A stretch of DNA of 64,000 nt from Carpediemonas membranifera BICM (GCA_019828565.1 JAHDYR010000019.1:117984-181983), one strand, 5' to 3'; positions 1-9,851 are shown, numbered from the stretch's first letter. The notes: generated by a model from the letters alone, not told the origin. Numbers and translations: made by a program.

Positions 1-998
1 TTTTCGCACTGAATGATGGCCTCAAGCACCATGGGCGGAGTCTTGGGTGGAAGCAGGTACGGCGTGGACATCAGCAGCAGGTGCGGCACAGCGGTGGGGG
101 CGTTGGCAAGGGCGGATACGAGTGGGATGTAGGAATAGCCGATGAGCTCGCTGTGGCCTGATCTGCCCATGGAGTAGCGGTCCCAGACGGTGAAGGAGAT
201 GTACTGGTCCATCATCCAGCGGCACATGTCGGCCGTGTTGCTCGTTGGGAAGTTGACCTTAAGCTGCACCCTCGTCTCCCACATGGGGTTGTTATCGTGC
301 ACGAGAATGGCCGTCTCGGCGGTGGAGTTGCCGCAGCGGACTGTGATATAGGGGTCGAAACCATCGAAGTGCACCCCAGCCTGCCCGACTGCCTTGGGCC
401 GTGAGTAGAAGGCGGCGTTGTAAGCGCCCTTGATGAGGATCGAAATCACACGGAAGTGAGGCGCCGGAAGGTTTTCGGGGATCTGGATATCGTCAAAGAT
501 GTCCTGCACATGAGAGAAGTCTGCCAATACGTTCTGTTGGGTGATATGATCGCGCCCCTTGTAGTAAATGCGGACAACCTGCGTCAGCTCCTCCGACGTC
601 AGCGCCATCTGGCCAGTCTTCAGGATACGGACGAATGTCTCGCGGTCTAGCGCACGGCCGTACTTGTTCTTGAAATGCTCGAAGGAGGACCTACATCGAA
701 CCTTCTCCTTCTCGAGCAGCATCTCGTATTCGCCGACAAGCTGAAGGAAATCCTCGAAATCGAGCATGTCATCTCCATCTCGGTCATACTGCCGAATGAG
801 ATCGAGCGCTTCGTCCATCGTCTTGTATGGGCCAAGGAAAGGAACCATTCGGTACAAATCTTCTGTGGTCAGCAGAGATGTTCCCCTGCGCGTGAACTGA
901 TCAAATAGTAGGTAAAAGCGATTCACCTGATAGTAAGAGAGATGCGACATCTCGGGTATTCCACCAGGCGGATCGTTGTGTTGCCATAAACTGCACAT
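1..998 (-). CDS. EF-hand + C2 domain Ca2+-binding protein (3' end runs off the window)
   Basis: Manual translation from ATG at 998 gives an EF-hand loop YDRDGDDMLDFEDFLQLV and C2-like FDPYITVRCG...NNPMWE...ISFTVWD. Absent from the ORF track, presumably because no stop lies inside the window. Confidence 0.75.
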   Translation of the reverse strand, partial: MCSLWQHNDPPGGIPEMSHLSYYQVNRFYLLFDQFTRRGTSLLTTEDLYRMVPFLGPYKTMDEALDLIRQYDRDGDDMLDFEDFLQLVGEYEMLLEKEKVRCRSSFEHFKNKYGRALDRETFVRILKTGQMALTSEELTQVVRIYYKGRDHITQQNVLADFSHVQDIFDDIQIPENLPAPHFRVISILIKGAYNAAFYSRPKAVGQAGVHFDGFDPYITVRCGNSTAETAILVHDNNPMWETRVQLKVNFPTSNTADMCRWMMDQYISFTVWDRYSMGRSGHSELIGYSYIPLVSALANAPTAVPHLLLMSTPYLLPPKTPPMVLEAIIQCE

Positions 999-1218
999 TG
1001 CAAAATTCTTCTAACTAACGACTGTGCCGATACTGGCGCCTCTTCGGGGCTCTGCAGCATCATACGCGCCAGACTTCTCGTACTTCCGACCTGCACTGGC
1101 TGCCGACAGGTCTGAGGTGGTATGGTCCGATGGACATAAATGGCTCATGCATATAAAGCTATAAATTCACGCAAGTGTTGCCTCGGTCATACAGGCACTA
1201 GACTGAGCTAGCGGACGA

Positions 1219-1419
1219 CATTGCTGGGTGGTCTCGCGTGCAGGTTGCGGAGCGGTGGGAAATTCCTCAGCGGAAGCGCCAGTCTCTGGCTGTGCCTCTC
1301 CGGGGCTTCCTGAGGAGGGCGATGGCGAGGGGCCTGGATTGGTGCCGGCGTGACCGGGACCCTCGAAGCGAGGATGGACATATGCTCGTTAAACGCAACC
1401 TCACGACTATTCTGGCGTG
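1219..1419 (+). ncRNA. Candidate structured non-coding RNA, family unassigned
   Basis: Nested helices 1223-1233/1405-1416, 1238-1249/1394-1404, 1250-1254/1383-1387, 1264-1269/1311-1316, 1272-1277/1305-1310, 1278-1282/1286-1290, 1326-1331/1360-1365, 1333-1337/1354-1358. Non-Watson-Crick pairs within these helices are G-U on the + strand. No credible ORF. Confidence 0.35.
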
Positions 1420-1660
1420 GATTCAAAGCCATGGGGAGCAATCTCGGCGTCATCAACGGTTTGGATGAGGACGGCTTTGTTGTAAATCCTCTGACGACCC
1501 CTGGCCGTTGGCGGCGAGCGCCCGACCGGTGAGCCCGTCCCCGAGCATTCTTCTGACTCGGAGGAGCACACAGCTGAAGACTGGCGCCCCATCCCCCGCC
1601 AATAGTTGACCATCACCACTACCATAAACTATAAACGCCTCATGTATTTACCCCGCCCCC

Positions 1661-2800
1661 TCACTTGGGCAGGCATCCCTCGCACATGAGTCTGCCATCG
1701 ACGACGGCGACATCCGCATGGAAGATTCCCGCCTCATCCGGGACCAGCGGGAGCTCCTTGCCGCACACGGAGCACTCAATCGCGATGACATCGTCAGTAC
1801 ACAGGCCCTGCCCTACCAAAGAGGGCAGCGAGTGCCGCGACACCGTAGGCTTGTCCTCAACAGCTGCGGCGACCTTGCGGGCGGGCACGTCGTCCGGCTG
1901 AGTGCGACTAACCCAGTCGTCGTAGTCCGGGATGACGGTGGCGGCCTCATACGACGTGTGGCCCCGAACATCGAGGTCATGTTGCTCGAGACAGATGTCA
2001 ACCTCGCCCTGTGTCGCATACGCTCGGCCACAGCGCTCGCATAGGCGCTTACACGCAACAAGTGCCTCGAGCGCTACGAAATCCTCACCCTTGGAGACCT
2101 TCTTCTGCACTGGCCGCCGCACGGCCTGCGGCTGTGCGTGGGCCGCGACCATGCCCGTCTGTGCCTGCATCACGGCGGTGTTGATCGACGCTATGAGGCC
2201 CTGGAACCTCCGGACGCCATCAGGGCATATGGTGACGGCAGGGGGGGCGAGCTTGTAGTTCCCGGCCAGCTGGAGCAGCACCATGTCCAGACCTGTGCTC
2301 GCAGCCACCTGTCTGAGGAATGCGTCGTTTACCACGTTCGCGTAGGCTACGTGCCACCTCTGGATCGTTCTGATGAGGAAGCGGAGGGGTTGGCGGTTCG
2401 CCGGGACTGACCCATCGCCCTCGTAGCCGAGCATCGTGCCGTTAAGCGCGGAGATGAGTTCTTGGAGCTTGTCTGAGAGGTCCAGGCGCTGGGCACCGTC
2501 CATTCGACGCAGGATGTTGTCGGCAATGTATGTGAGCGCGACAGAGAGCCAAGCAGCACGATTTCTGGATTCAACTTCAGTAATTTCTGGATTATATGCC
2601 CTGATAGCATCAACAAGCGTGTGTTCTGTGAATTGAGTGATCAGAACGATGAAATCAGTCAAGGACATGCCAGATTGTGTGATTCCAATGTTCTCCAGCT
2701 CTGTGAACGAGTTGATCTGGTTTTCCAAGATAGGAGTGCTGATAAAGATCGACAGAAGCTGTCTATACCAATCCTCTACCAAGTTCTTCGGAATTGGCAT
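1661..2800 (-). CDS. PCF11: Divergent Pcf11-like mRNA cleavage/polyadenylation factor (CID-like N-terminus, two C-terminal zinc modules)
   Basis: CID-like ALTYIADNILRR; CERC-x12-C-x3-H; DDWV; then CSVCGKEL...AVVDGRLMCEGC, matching the Pcf11 C-terminal layout. Likely start MPIPK at 2800; the ORF extends to 2878. Confidence 0.6.
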   Translation of the reverse strand: MPIPKNLVEDWYRQLLSIFISTPILENQINSFTELENIGITQSGMSLTDFIVLITQFTEHTLVDAIRAYNPEITEVESRNRAAWLSVALTYIADNILRRMDGAQRLDLSDKLQELISALNGTMLGYEGDGSVPANRQPLRFLIRTIQRWHVAYANVVNDAFLRQVAASTGLDMVLLQLAGNYKLAPPAVTICPDGVRRFQGLIASINTAVMQAQTGMVAAHAQPQAVRRPVQKKVSKGEDFVALEALVACKRLCERCGRAYATQGEVDICLEQHDLDVRGHTSYEAATVIPDYDDWVSRTQPDDVPARKVAAAVEDKPTVSRHSLPSLVGQGLCTDDVIAIECSVCGKELPLVPDEAGIFHADVAVVDGRLMCEGCLPK

Positions 2801-2990
2801 TTGTAGCAGAGAGCATAAAATGCACCCTCCCGAATCACTCTGGAGTGCTACGCCGCACTGGCTTACAACGATGCCCATCAGAAGTTGACCATGACAGAGG
2901 TGGAGAACCTCCGCGCCACGCGTGCTCCCATCCGTGAGTCGAGACAGATGGTACCCCGAGTCTCTCCTTATACAGAACTCGCACGAGGAC

Positions 2991-3119
2991 CTGCGAGGAT
3001 CTGACGGCGTCTCTCTTGGCGGGGGTCGCGATCACCCTGCCCTCCGCGGTGACGGCCGACCCGGCGAGCCATCGCCAGGCTCGGGGGAGGCGTCCTGCTA
3101 GTCACGCAGCATCTCGCAG
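2991..3119 (+). ncRNA. Second candidate structured RNA (rod capped by two hairpins)
   Basis: Helices 2991-2997/3113-3119, 3002-3005/3101-3104, 3006-3015/3085-3094 (3 G-U), 3023-3028/3057-3062, 3032-3036/3048-3052, 3065-3070/3078-3083. The region is GC-rich, so chance folding is possible. Confidence 0.25.
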
Positions 3120-3303
3120 TGACATATGCCTGCCTGTGAGGGCAAACACATTGATGCCGCAGTCAAAATGATAGTCACTTCGCTAGGGGTGTTCGCGGCA
3201 CTGTGCTGTTGGGCCCCTGCACTTGGCCGACCTCCTCCTCGATGAGGCGGGATTGCTTGATCACCGTATAGTCAATTTAAATATACTGCTCATTCCCACT
3301 GAG

Positions 3304-4577
3304 CTACCTGATGACCTCATCAGCCATCCGGGTCATGATCAGCTTGTACGCCGCCCGGAACTCCGCCTCCTTCTTGTTACGGCCCAGGGCAGACGCCCTC
3401 AGCACCTCGCGGTTGGTGGGGTTCGAGACCTTAACGGTGCTGCTGAACCGGGGCGCGTGGTCAGGCGCGCTGGGGTCCATCTTGCGGCGGGTCTCGTAGA
3501 GTGGCAGGTTTAGGCCGTTCTTCTGGCAGTATTCGTTAAGGACGCCTATGTAAATACAGTAAATGGGCGTGTGTACATACCCTTGTAGTTGAGCCCCATC
3601 TGGTAGCCGGGACTGTTGCGGGGGATGTCGTTCATGATGTCCGCATCGAGTGACGAGCACCCAGAGCTAAGGGACGTCCCAGAGGCGTATGAAACCTCAG
3701 TTCCCTCCGTCTCAGAAGCCGTGATGTAGCCGGGGGCGACGTGGGGTCCCCCGGCCCGTCCGACATATGGCCCGCGTGGCTCTGCCTTGACTGTGGCGTG
3801 GCTGTACTGCGCGTAGCGTTGCGCAACGAACTCGGGTGACACGGGCGGCGGCGGGCCTGCCCTGCCAGCGGGGGCAGCGGCTACACGTGGGGGGTTCACG
3901 GGAGCGTCCCAAAAGTTAAAGTCATCTTCTCCTGGGTTAGCCACAACTGGAGCACGGCGATCAGCGTTATGCCGAGGGTTTTGAGGGGGAATTCCCTTAA
4001 ATTCCGGGTAAATATCGAGGCGGACGATTGCGTCCATCAGTCCCGACATACCTCCGCTGTCCGCCTTCAGCAAGAAGTAGAATAGCTTGGGGAATCGGTC
4101 TTGCAGGTTAAAGGTGGACAGCGGAAGTACGTCGGGCTGACTCAAGGCCCCGAAGACCTTGAACATGCCCGCCACGGTGTCGATCGAGTACTGTCGGGTT
4201 ATCTGCATCACATCCAAATTGCATTCCATTGCCAACAATGCAAGGGCAGTATTATAGATAATCTTACCAGTTGTAACCGCATTAGGGCTTTCAGCATCAA
4301 AGGCTGCTCGAATTAAGAAATCGCTCCATTCAATCCTGAAAAAATGGCTCAATTCGAGCTGTATCTGCATAAGTAGATGGGTTCTGCGTGAATTCACAAA
4401 CTTGATGATGATCGCCTTGCATTCTGTTGTGCTTGTCTGGATTTGAGCTGCATGTCTCGCATTATTAGCACAACTTGAACCGTATGTAACACAGTAAATC
4501 AGAAAAAAACTTGAAGCTTCGAGCAAGAATTGCTGTGATATGTGCTTTACTGAGTCAAGTTTCTCTGATAACACCAT
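3304..4577 (-). CDS. Orphan protein with a C-terminal dsRNA-binding motif; exons 4577-3581 and 3545-3304
   Basis: Removing the 35-nt intron joins two ORFs into NYKGVLNEYCQKNGLNLPLYE...PDHAPRFSSTVKV...ALGRNKKEAEFRAAYKLI, a canonical dsRBM. Confidence 0.8.
3546..3580 (-). other. Spliceosomal intron, 35 nt
   Basis: GTATGT...TTTACATAG; removal restores the dsRBM first helix. Confidence 0.85.
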
Positions 4578-4916
4578 CGCATTTTTCGGAAATATGACCC
4601 AATCAAATAAAAAACTGATGGATGAATGTTAAACCCCCTACTTTCGGGACTTGCGAGCCAGGTCTGTCGTTGGCTTTGTCGACGAACTGTGATGAAACAG
4701 CTCAAAATCTCTGAGGTCCCGCTCGGATTCACGTCCTTGGTGAGCCTGGCGGTCCTGGGCGAAATGGGTGCGATGATCATTGGGAAGTGGCGCAACAGCC
4801 TCCGTTCCTGCGCGAACTTTTAACCTTCACCGCCACCCAGCATGCATGGCATCGCTCAGTGCTCACATGCGTCGGGTCTACTTTAACATTAAACTCTACT
4901 GTACACACATCCGTCA

Positions 4917-7900
4917 TCACCTCTTGCTCTTGCCCGCCATCATCGACCTGACGCTGAACTTGGAGAGCTCCTCACGCACCTCACCCGGGATGTTCGGGCC
5001 GAGGCGGTCAGTAACGGTGGAAAGAACGCCCCGGAGCTCGGAAAGCGAGCCGTTGAGCGCATTGATCTCGATGCTCTGGAGATGCAGCTTCTTCTCCTGG
5101 TTGGCTGTGATTCCCTTGAGATTGTCGAGGTCGGCCCCGACAATCTTCGCCGCCTGCCTCAGCCCGTCGCTCAAGGTCTGCGCATCGGCCCGTAAACTAG
5201 CAAGCTTCTTCTCCAGACTCTCCTTTTCAGCTCTTTCCATCTCTAGCTTCTGCTTTGTTGTCGAAAGCCGCGTCTCCAGCTCTGTCACGAGCCCTTGTGT
5301 GTCCCGGGCCTGCGATAGAGCCATGCCCTGCTCATGGTGGAGCGAATTGATCTCGTCATATTTCCCAGCCAACGCTGTGAGGACGTACGTCGACCGCTGA
5401 AGCTCGGCCTGTAATGTGTTGATTGTCTCAAGATAATTGCCAGCCTCAGCCTGCATGGCGCTCATCTGGTGGCGTACGGCCAGGATCTCGTCCTCCTTGT
5501 CGGCATACTCGAGGAGGAGGTCGCCCATCTCATCGTTCTCCCTCTTCATCTCAGCAAGCTTGTCCTCGACGCGTCGGCTTGCTTTGCGCTGCTCAGCTAC
5601 CTCCTTCTCAGCCACCGCCCGCTGCTTGTCGAGCTCCACCAGGCTCGCGCTCGTCTCCTTTACCCTCTGTGTGAGTCGGGTGATCTCGGTCTCGTGGCTT
5701 GCGCACTCCGCCTTGGCGGCCTCGAGCTTGCTCTCAAGTTCGCTGACCTGGCCTATCACTGCCGTCTTCTCCATCTCCGACCTCTTCCCGGCGTCAAGCT
5801 GCTGCTTATCACTGTCATGACGTTTCCGGAGCTCTTGGTTCTCGGCATACTGCTTCTGGTACTCAGCGTAGAGCATTTCGGTGTACTCCTCGAGCTCAGC
5901 CAGGCGTGTGGCGGCCGTCTTCTCCTCTTCAATTGTGTTTGAAAGCGTGCGGGCCTCGTCCGTTCTCTCCTCGAGCTGTTTCTTTAGCTCGCTGTTCTTC
6001 TCCTTGACTTTTTCGAGCTCGGCGACCTGGCGCTCGAGAGAACGTATCATCGAGTCCTTCTCGGCCGTTGCCTCGTGGAGGGTGGCGAGCTCGGCGTTAC
6101 GGCGCTCGGCCTCATCGTCGAAGGTCGCCTTGACACGCGTCACCTGATCGGACATCGTGCTGCAGTTGGAGCGCCACTCAGCGACTGTCGCCTGCAGGTT
6201 CTCGATCTTCTCGGCAGCGTTGGCAAGCTCCACCGTCTTGCGCTGAAGCTCTTCCTCCTGTGTCTTAACCTGCGTGGTAAGCGTGCGCAGACGCTCGCGC
6301 GTCGCGTCAGTGTCGGCGCTGACCTCGGTGAGGCGGACGGCGCTTCGCTGCGCCTCGGTTGTGACGGAATTTAGCTCGGCGCGGATTGCGGCAAGCTCCT
6401 TCTCAGCGGCGTCCTTCTCGTCAGAGACCTTCGAAAAGCGGGCGCTGAGTGCGTTGAAGTCGTTCGTCAGACTGTCGGCGCGGGTGCGGAACTGTTCCGA
6501 CTCGACCTTGTGCTCGTTCGCCTTGTCCGCCAGCGCGTTCCGCTCGTTAGACAGGCGCTCAACCTCCTTCGACCGGAGCTGCAACCGGCGCTCGAGCGTG
6601 TCGACGTCGGCATCGCGGTCCCTGAGCTTCTGTGCCAGCTCGCTCACCCGCGCGTCGGTGAGGTCGACCTTCTCGCTCTGCTGCAGCAAGCGCTCCCGGG
6701 CAGCCTCGAGCTCGGTCTCCATCTTCTCTGCACGCATCGACAGCTGGCGGTAGGCGATATGGGAATTGTCGCGCTCCTCGGTCAGCTGAGAAACCCTCGT
6801 CTCGAGCTCAGTGGCGACTCCAATTGCCTGCGTCTTGTCACTCGTGCATGCGGCGAGCTTCTGCTGTGTTGTCTGGAGCTGGCTCTCGAGCTCACGAACG
6901 TGGTGGCGGTAGGCTATGATTTGGTCACGATACTGCCCATCGTCTTCGCTGTGGGCCTTAACGGCTGCCGAAAGCTGTTCGACTTCGGCTGACTTCTCGG
7001 CAAGTCGCTTCTCGAGGTCTGCCTCGCGATCCTTGTGCCTTTGCTCCGCATCAGAGTTGTTGGCGCTCGTACGCTCGAGCTCGGCGACCTGGCGCTCGAG
7101 AGAACGTATCATCGAGTCCTTCTCGGCCGTTGCCTCGTGGAGGGTGGCGAGCTCGGCGTTACGGCGCTCGGCCTCATCGTCGAAGGTCGCCTTGACACGC
7201 GTCACCTGATCGGACATCGTGCTGCAGTTGGAGCGCCACTCAGCGACTGTCGCCTGCAGGTTCTCGATCTTCTCGGCAGCGTTGGCAAGCTCCACCGTCT
7301 TGCGCTGAAGCTCTTCCTCCTGTGTCTTAACCTGCGTGGTAAGCGTGCGCAGACGCTCGCGCGTCGCGTCAGTGTCGGCGCTGACCTCGGTGAGGCGGAC
7401 GGCGCTTCGCTGCGCCTCGGTTGTGACGGAATTTAGCTCGGCGCGGATTGCGGCAAGCTCCTTCTCAGCGGCGTCCTTCTCGTCAGAGACCTTCGAAAAG
7501 CGGGCGCTGAGTGCGTTGAAGTCGTTCGTCAGACTGTCGGCGCGGGTGCGGAACTGTTCCGACTCGACCTTGTGCTCGTTCGCCTTGTCCGCCAGCGCGT
7601 TCCGCTCGTTAGACAGGCGCTCAACCTCCTTCGACCGGAGCTGCAACCGGCGCTCGAGCGTGTCGACGTCGGCATCGCGGTCCCTGAGCTTCTGTGCCAG
7701 CTCGCTCACCCGCGCGTCGGTGAGGTCGACCTTCTCGCTCTGCTGCAGCAAGCGCTCCCGGGCAGCCTCGAGCTCGGTCTCCATCTTCTCTGCACGCATC
7801 GACAGCTGGCGATACGCTGCCTGCGAGTTCGATCGCTGGTCGGTCAACTCAGCGACACTGTCCTCGAGACCACGAACAGACGTATCGAGCTCCTCTGCCA

Positions 7901-8432
7901 GCGACGTCTTCTCCACCAGCTTCTTACTCAAGTCAGCCTCTCTCGCCTGCGACTTCTGCTCGGACTCGGTCAGCTGTGTCACAGAGGCCTGGAGCTCGGA
8001 CACTTGCTTCTCAAGGGACAGGACGAGGGCATCCCGCTCTGTAGCAGACTCCTTCAACGCGGCAAGCTCTGTGTTGCGGCGCTCTTTCTCGTCTTGCTCC
8101 TTCTCGTGGTCGTAAATGGCGTTCTTGAGCTGTGTCTGAAGAGCCGAAACCTTGCTCTCCGCATCAGCAGCCCGCGTCTTCGTTTCAGCGAGCTGAGATG
8201 TACATTCTTCGCTCATCTTCTTGAAATGGAGCACATCCTGCTCTGTCTGCATGAGTTCTTGCACGAGGACCTTCATATCTTGCTGTGAGCGCCGAAGCTG
8301 CGCCCAGAGCTCACGAGATGAGAACTCAGACACATGGGATCCTCCAGAGAGCTCTAGTGCGCGTTGTGCTGGCGCTGTTGTCTCGGTTGAGGACATTCGA
8401 AGTCGAAATTCCGAGACAAATGATCCCGTCAT
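4917..8432 (-). CDS. Large coiled-coil protein (1171 aa) with an internal duplication
   Basis: E/K/Q/L/A-rich heptad sequence throughout; no globular domain recognised. Confidence 0.85.
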   Translation of the reverse strand: MTGSFVSEFRLRMSSTETTAPAQRALELSGGSHVSEFSSRELWAQLRRSQQDMKVLVQELMQTEQDVLHFKKMSEECTSQLAETKTRAADAESKVSALQTQLKNAIYDHEKEQDEKERRNTELAALKESATERDALVLSLEKQVSELQASVTQLTESEQKSQAREADLSKKLVEKTSLAEELDTSVRGLEDSVAELTDQRSNSQAAYRQLSMRAEKMETELEAARERLLQQSEKVDLTDARVSELAQKLRDRDADVDTLERRLQLRSKEVERLSNERNALADKANEHKVESEQFRTRADSLTNDFNALSARFSKVSDEKDAAEKELAAIRAELNSVTTEAQRSAVRLTEVSADTDATRERLRTLTTQVKTQEEELQRKTVELANAAEKIENLQATVAEWRSNCSTMSDQVTRVKATFDDEAERRNAELATLHEATAEKDSMIRSLERQVAELERTSANNSDAEQRHKDREADLEKRLAEKSAEVEQLSAAVKAHSEDDGQYRDQIIAYRHHVRELESQLQTTQQKLAACTSDKTQAIGVATELETRVSQLTEERDNSHIAYRQLSMRAEKMETELEAARERLLQQSEKVDLTDARVSELAQKLRDRDADVDTLERRLQLRSKEVERLSNERNALADKANEHKVESEQFRTRADSLTNDFNALSARFSKVSDEKDAAEKELAAIRAELNSVTTEAQRSAVRLTEVSADTDATRERLRTLTTQVKTQEEELQRKTVELANAAEKIENLQATVAEWRSNCSTMSDQVTRVKATFDDEAERRNAELATLHEATAEKDSMIRSLERQVAELEKVKEKNSELKKQLEERTDEARTLSNTIEEEKTAATRLAELEEYTEMLYAEYQKQYAENQELRKRHDSDKQQLDAGKRSEMEKTAVIGQVSELESKLEAAKAECASHETEITRLTQRVKETSASLVELDKQRAVAEKEVAEQRKASRRVEDKLAEMKRENDEMGDLLLEYADKEDEILAVRHQMSAMQAEAGNYLETINTLQAELQRSTYVLTALAGKYDEINSLHHEQGMALSQARDTQGLVTELETRLSTTKQKLEMERAEKESLEKKLASLRADAQTLSDGLRQAAKIVGADLDNLKGITANQEKKLHLQSIEINALNGSLSELRGVLSTVTDRLGPNIPGEVREELSKFSVRSMMAGKSKR
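6013..7811. repeat. Direct repeat of about 737 bp (6013-6749 and 7075-7811, offset 1062 bp = 354 codons)
   Basis: The two copies read identical by eye and give identical translations. Confidence 0.9.
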
Positions 8433-8516
8433 CCAAACTTATAAAAATCGGCCATACCATCGCGTAAAATGACCCCCAACAAGCAGTAAGAGTAACGCCT
8501 TTAGTATCCACCCCTC

Positions 8517-9851
8517 TCACATGTTCTTCGCCTCGTTCTTCTCAAAGCTGGGTATGCTGTGGGAGTGCCCGACAATACCGCCAGCCAGCCGCAAGCCGGC
8601 AATAAAACACACCGCAAGAAGAATCATTGTCGCAAGGAACGACAGCCCGAGAGTCTTCCAAAATGTCAGCCATGCCACGCCTACATGCCGCTCAATCAGG
8701 GGATCGACGACACAAAGACCCCAGCCAACTGTCGTTGAAGAAATGATGTCGTCAAAATCATCTAAACTGCACACGACTCCACCGCAAGCCGTGATGGGCA
8801 TCGTGTCGCCGTTGAACCGGAACTTGATGTAGTACTGTTCCCGCTCTTCAACTCCGACAATGGTTGGGTCTTGCCAGAGTTCCAGCTCTAGGTGCGAGCC
8901 GAAGTCCGTCTCGGCGGCGTCGTCGCCCCAAAGACCAAGCAGAGCAAGCATCGTCTCGACAGTAGTGTCGTGGCCCGAGTAAATGACCATCTTCGCCGTC
9001 GGCTCGTCTGTGAGGGCGGAGTAGACCATGTCTCTCCACGAATTGATCATGGGCGATCCCTTCATACGCGTTCTCTGGTCTGACACTCCGGCCCCGATCT
9101 TTTCGTGCATTTTAAGGCGGTGGATATCCATGATAACCTCGAAGTCTGCCTGAGTGATGACAGGCGGCAGACCGCAGCCCTGGGTGATACCACACCGCAG
9201 AGGGTCCGACAGAAGGCCGATGTCGGCGGCATGGAAGGTGGATCCGACGTAATCTTCGAGCTCCGCCTCCTTCTTGATACGCTGGAGGAACTCGTAGTAC
9301 TGCTCCTCGACTGCTTCCCAGGACTTGGAGTGCATGGCGTTCGTCCGCATGTCCTCAAGGACGGGGCAGTCGGCCTCGGGGTGGAAGAGCCGGTCCTCGT
9401 CGTCCTCCTGTATCCAGGGAGTGCCCAGGTTTGACCGAATAGGGACGGGCTGCACCTGGTCTGGGAGGGTGTCTGACCCCGCACCCGGCGGGTAGAGTCC
9501 GGTGAGGACGCTGTAGGCTGACATCACCGTGCGGTCGGTGCCACTGGACCGTATGAGGATTTCTGAGTTGTTGTACTTGGGCGACAGCAGCTCGTGCTCA
9601 GTGACGTAGAGGGCGTTGTAGTAGAGGCCGACGTCGTACAGCTGCTGCTGACCGAGTGGCGTAAGCTGGCCTCGACGCCTTGGACCTTCTGACCACTTGC
9701 AAGTGTCCATGTGATCGGGGAGGAAGTGCAGTGGGGAGCGAGCACCGTGTCTGAAGAGCGCTATGGCTAGTTTCAACTCATCGGCGCGTGCAGGGGAAAC
9801 AAGACACGCGATGAGAAGAAGAATGCAGATACGAGACACACGAAGACTCAT
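8517..9851 (-). CDS. Histidine acid phosphatase, lysosomal type (signal peptide, C-terminal TM helix)
   Basis: RHGARSP and YSGHDT catalytic motifs, GQLT..G..Q, RSS..DRT..SA; hydrophobic N-terminus from Met 9851; TM segment near the C-terminus. Confidence 0.92.
   Translation of the reverse strand: MSLRVSRICILLLIACLVSPARADELKLAIALFRHGARSPLHFLPDHMDTCKWSEGPRRRGQLTPLGQQQLYDVGLYYNALYVTEHELLSPKYNNSEILIRSSGTDRTVMSAYSVLTGLYPPGAGSDTLPDQVQPVPIRSNLGTPWIQEDDEDRLFHPEADCPVLEDMRTNAMHSKSWEAVEEQYYEFLQRIKKEAELEDYVGSTFHAADIGLLSDPLRCGITQGCGLPPVITQADFEVIMDIHRLKMHEKIGAGVSDQRTRMKGSPMINSWRDMVYSALTDEPTAKMVIYSGHDTTVETMLALLGLWGDDAAETDFGSHLELELWQDPTIVGVEEREQYYIKFRFNGDTMPITACGGVVCSLDDFDDIISSTTVGWGLCVVDPLIERHVGVAWLTFWKTLGLSFLATMILLAVCFIAGLRLAGGIVGHSHSIPSFEKNEAKNM

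Noticed and set aside
1100-1420. RNase P/MRP identity for the structured element (GGGAAATTC at 1257, AGGTCTGAGG at 1108, CR-V-like CAACCTCACGACTA near 1396)
   Set aside because: P4 does not close with the 1257 motif (C-C clashes), and the 1108 motif lacks GNAA and needs a wrong-strand bulge. SRP helix 8, U3 boxes and a telomeric template are also absent.
1209-1532. Selenoprotein-like read-through of the TGA at 1311
   Set aside because: No start codon, no recognisable protein and no SECIS evident.
3546-3660. Programmed frameshifts suggested by overlapping ORF pairs (also CLN3, TMEM17, MRH, LZTFL1)
   Set aside because: Each overlap is fully explained by a consensus GT-AG micro-intron.
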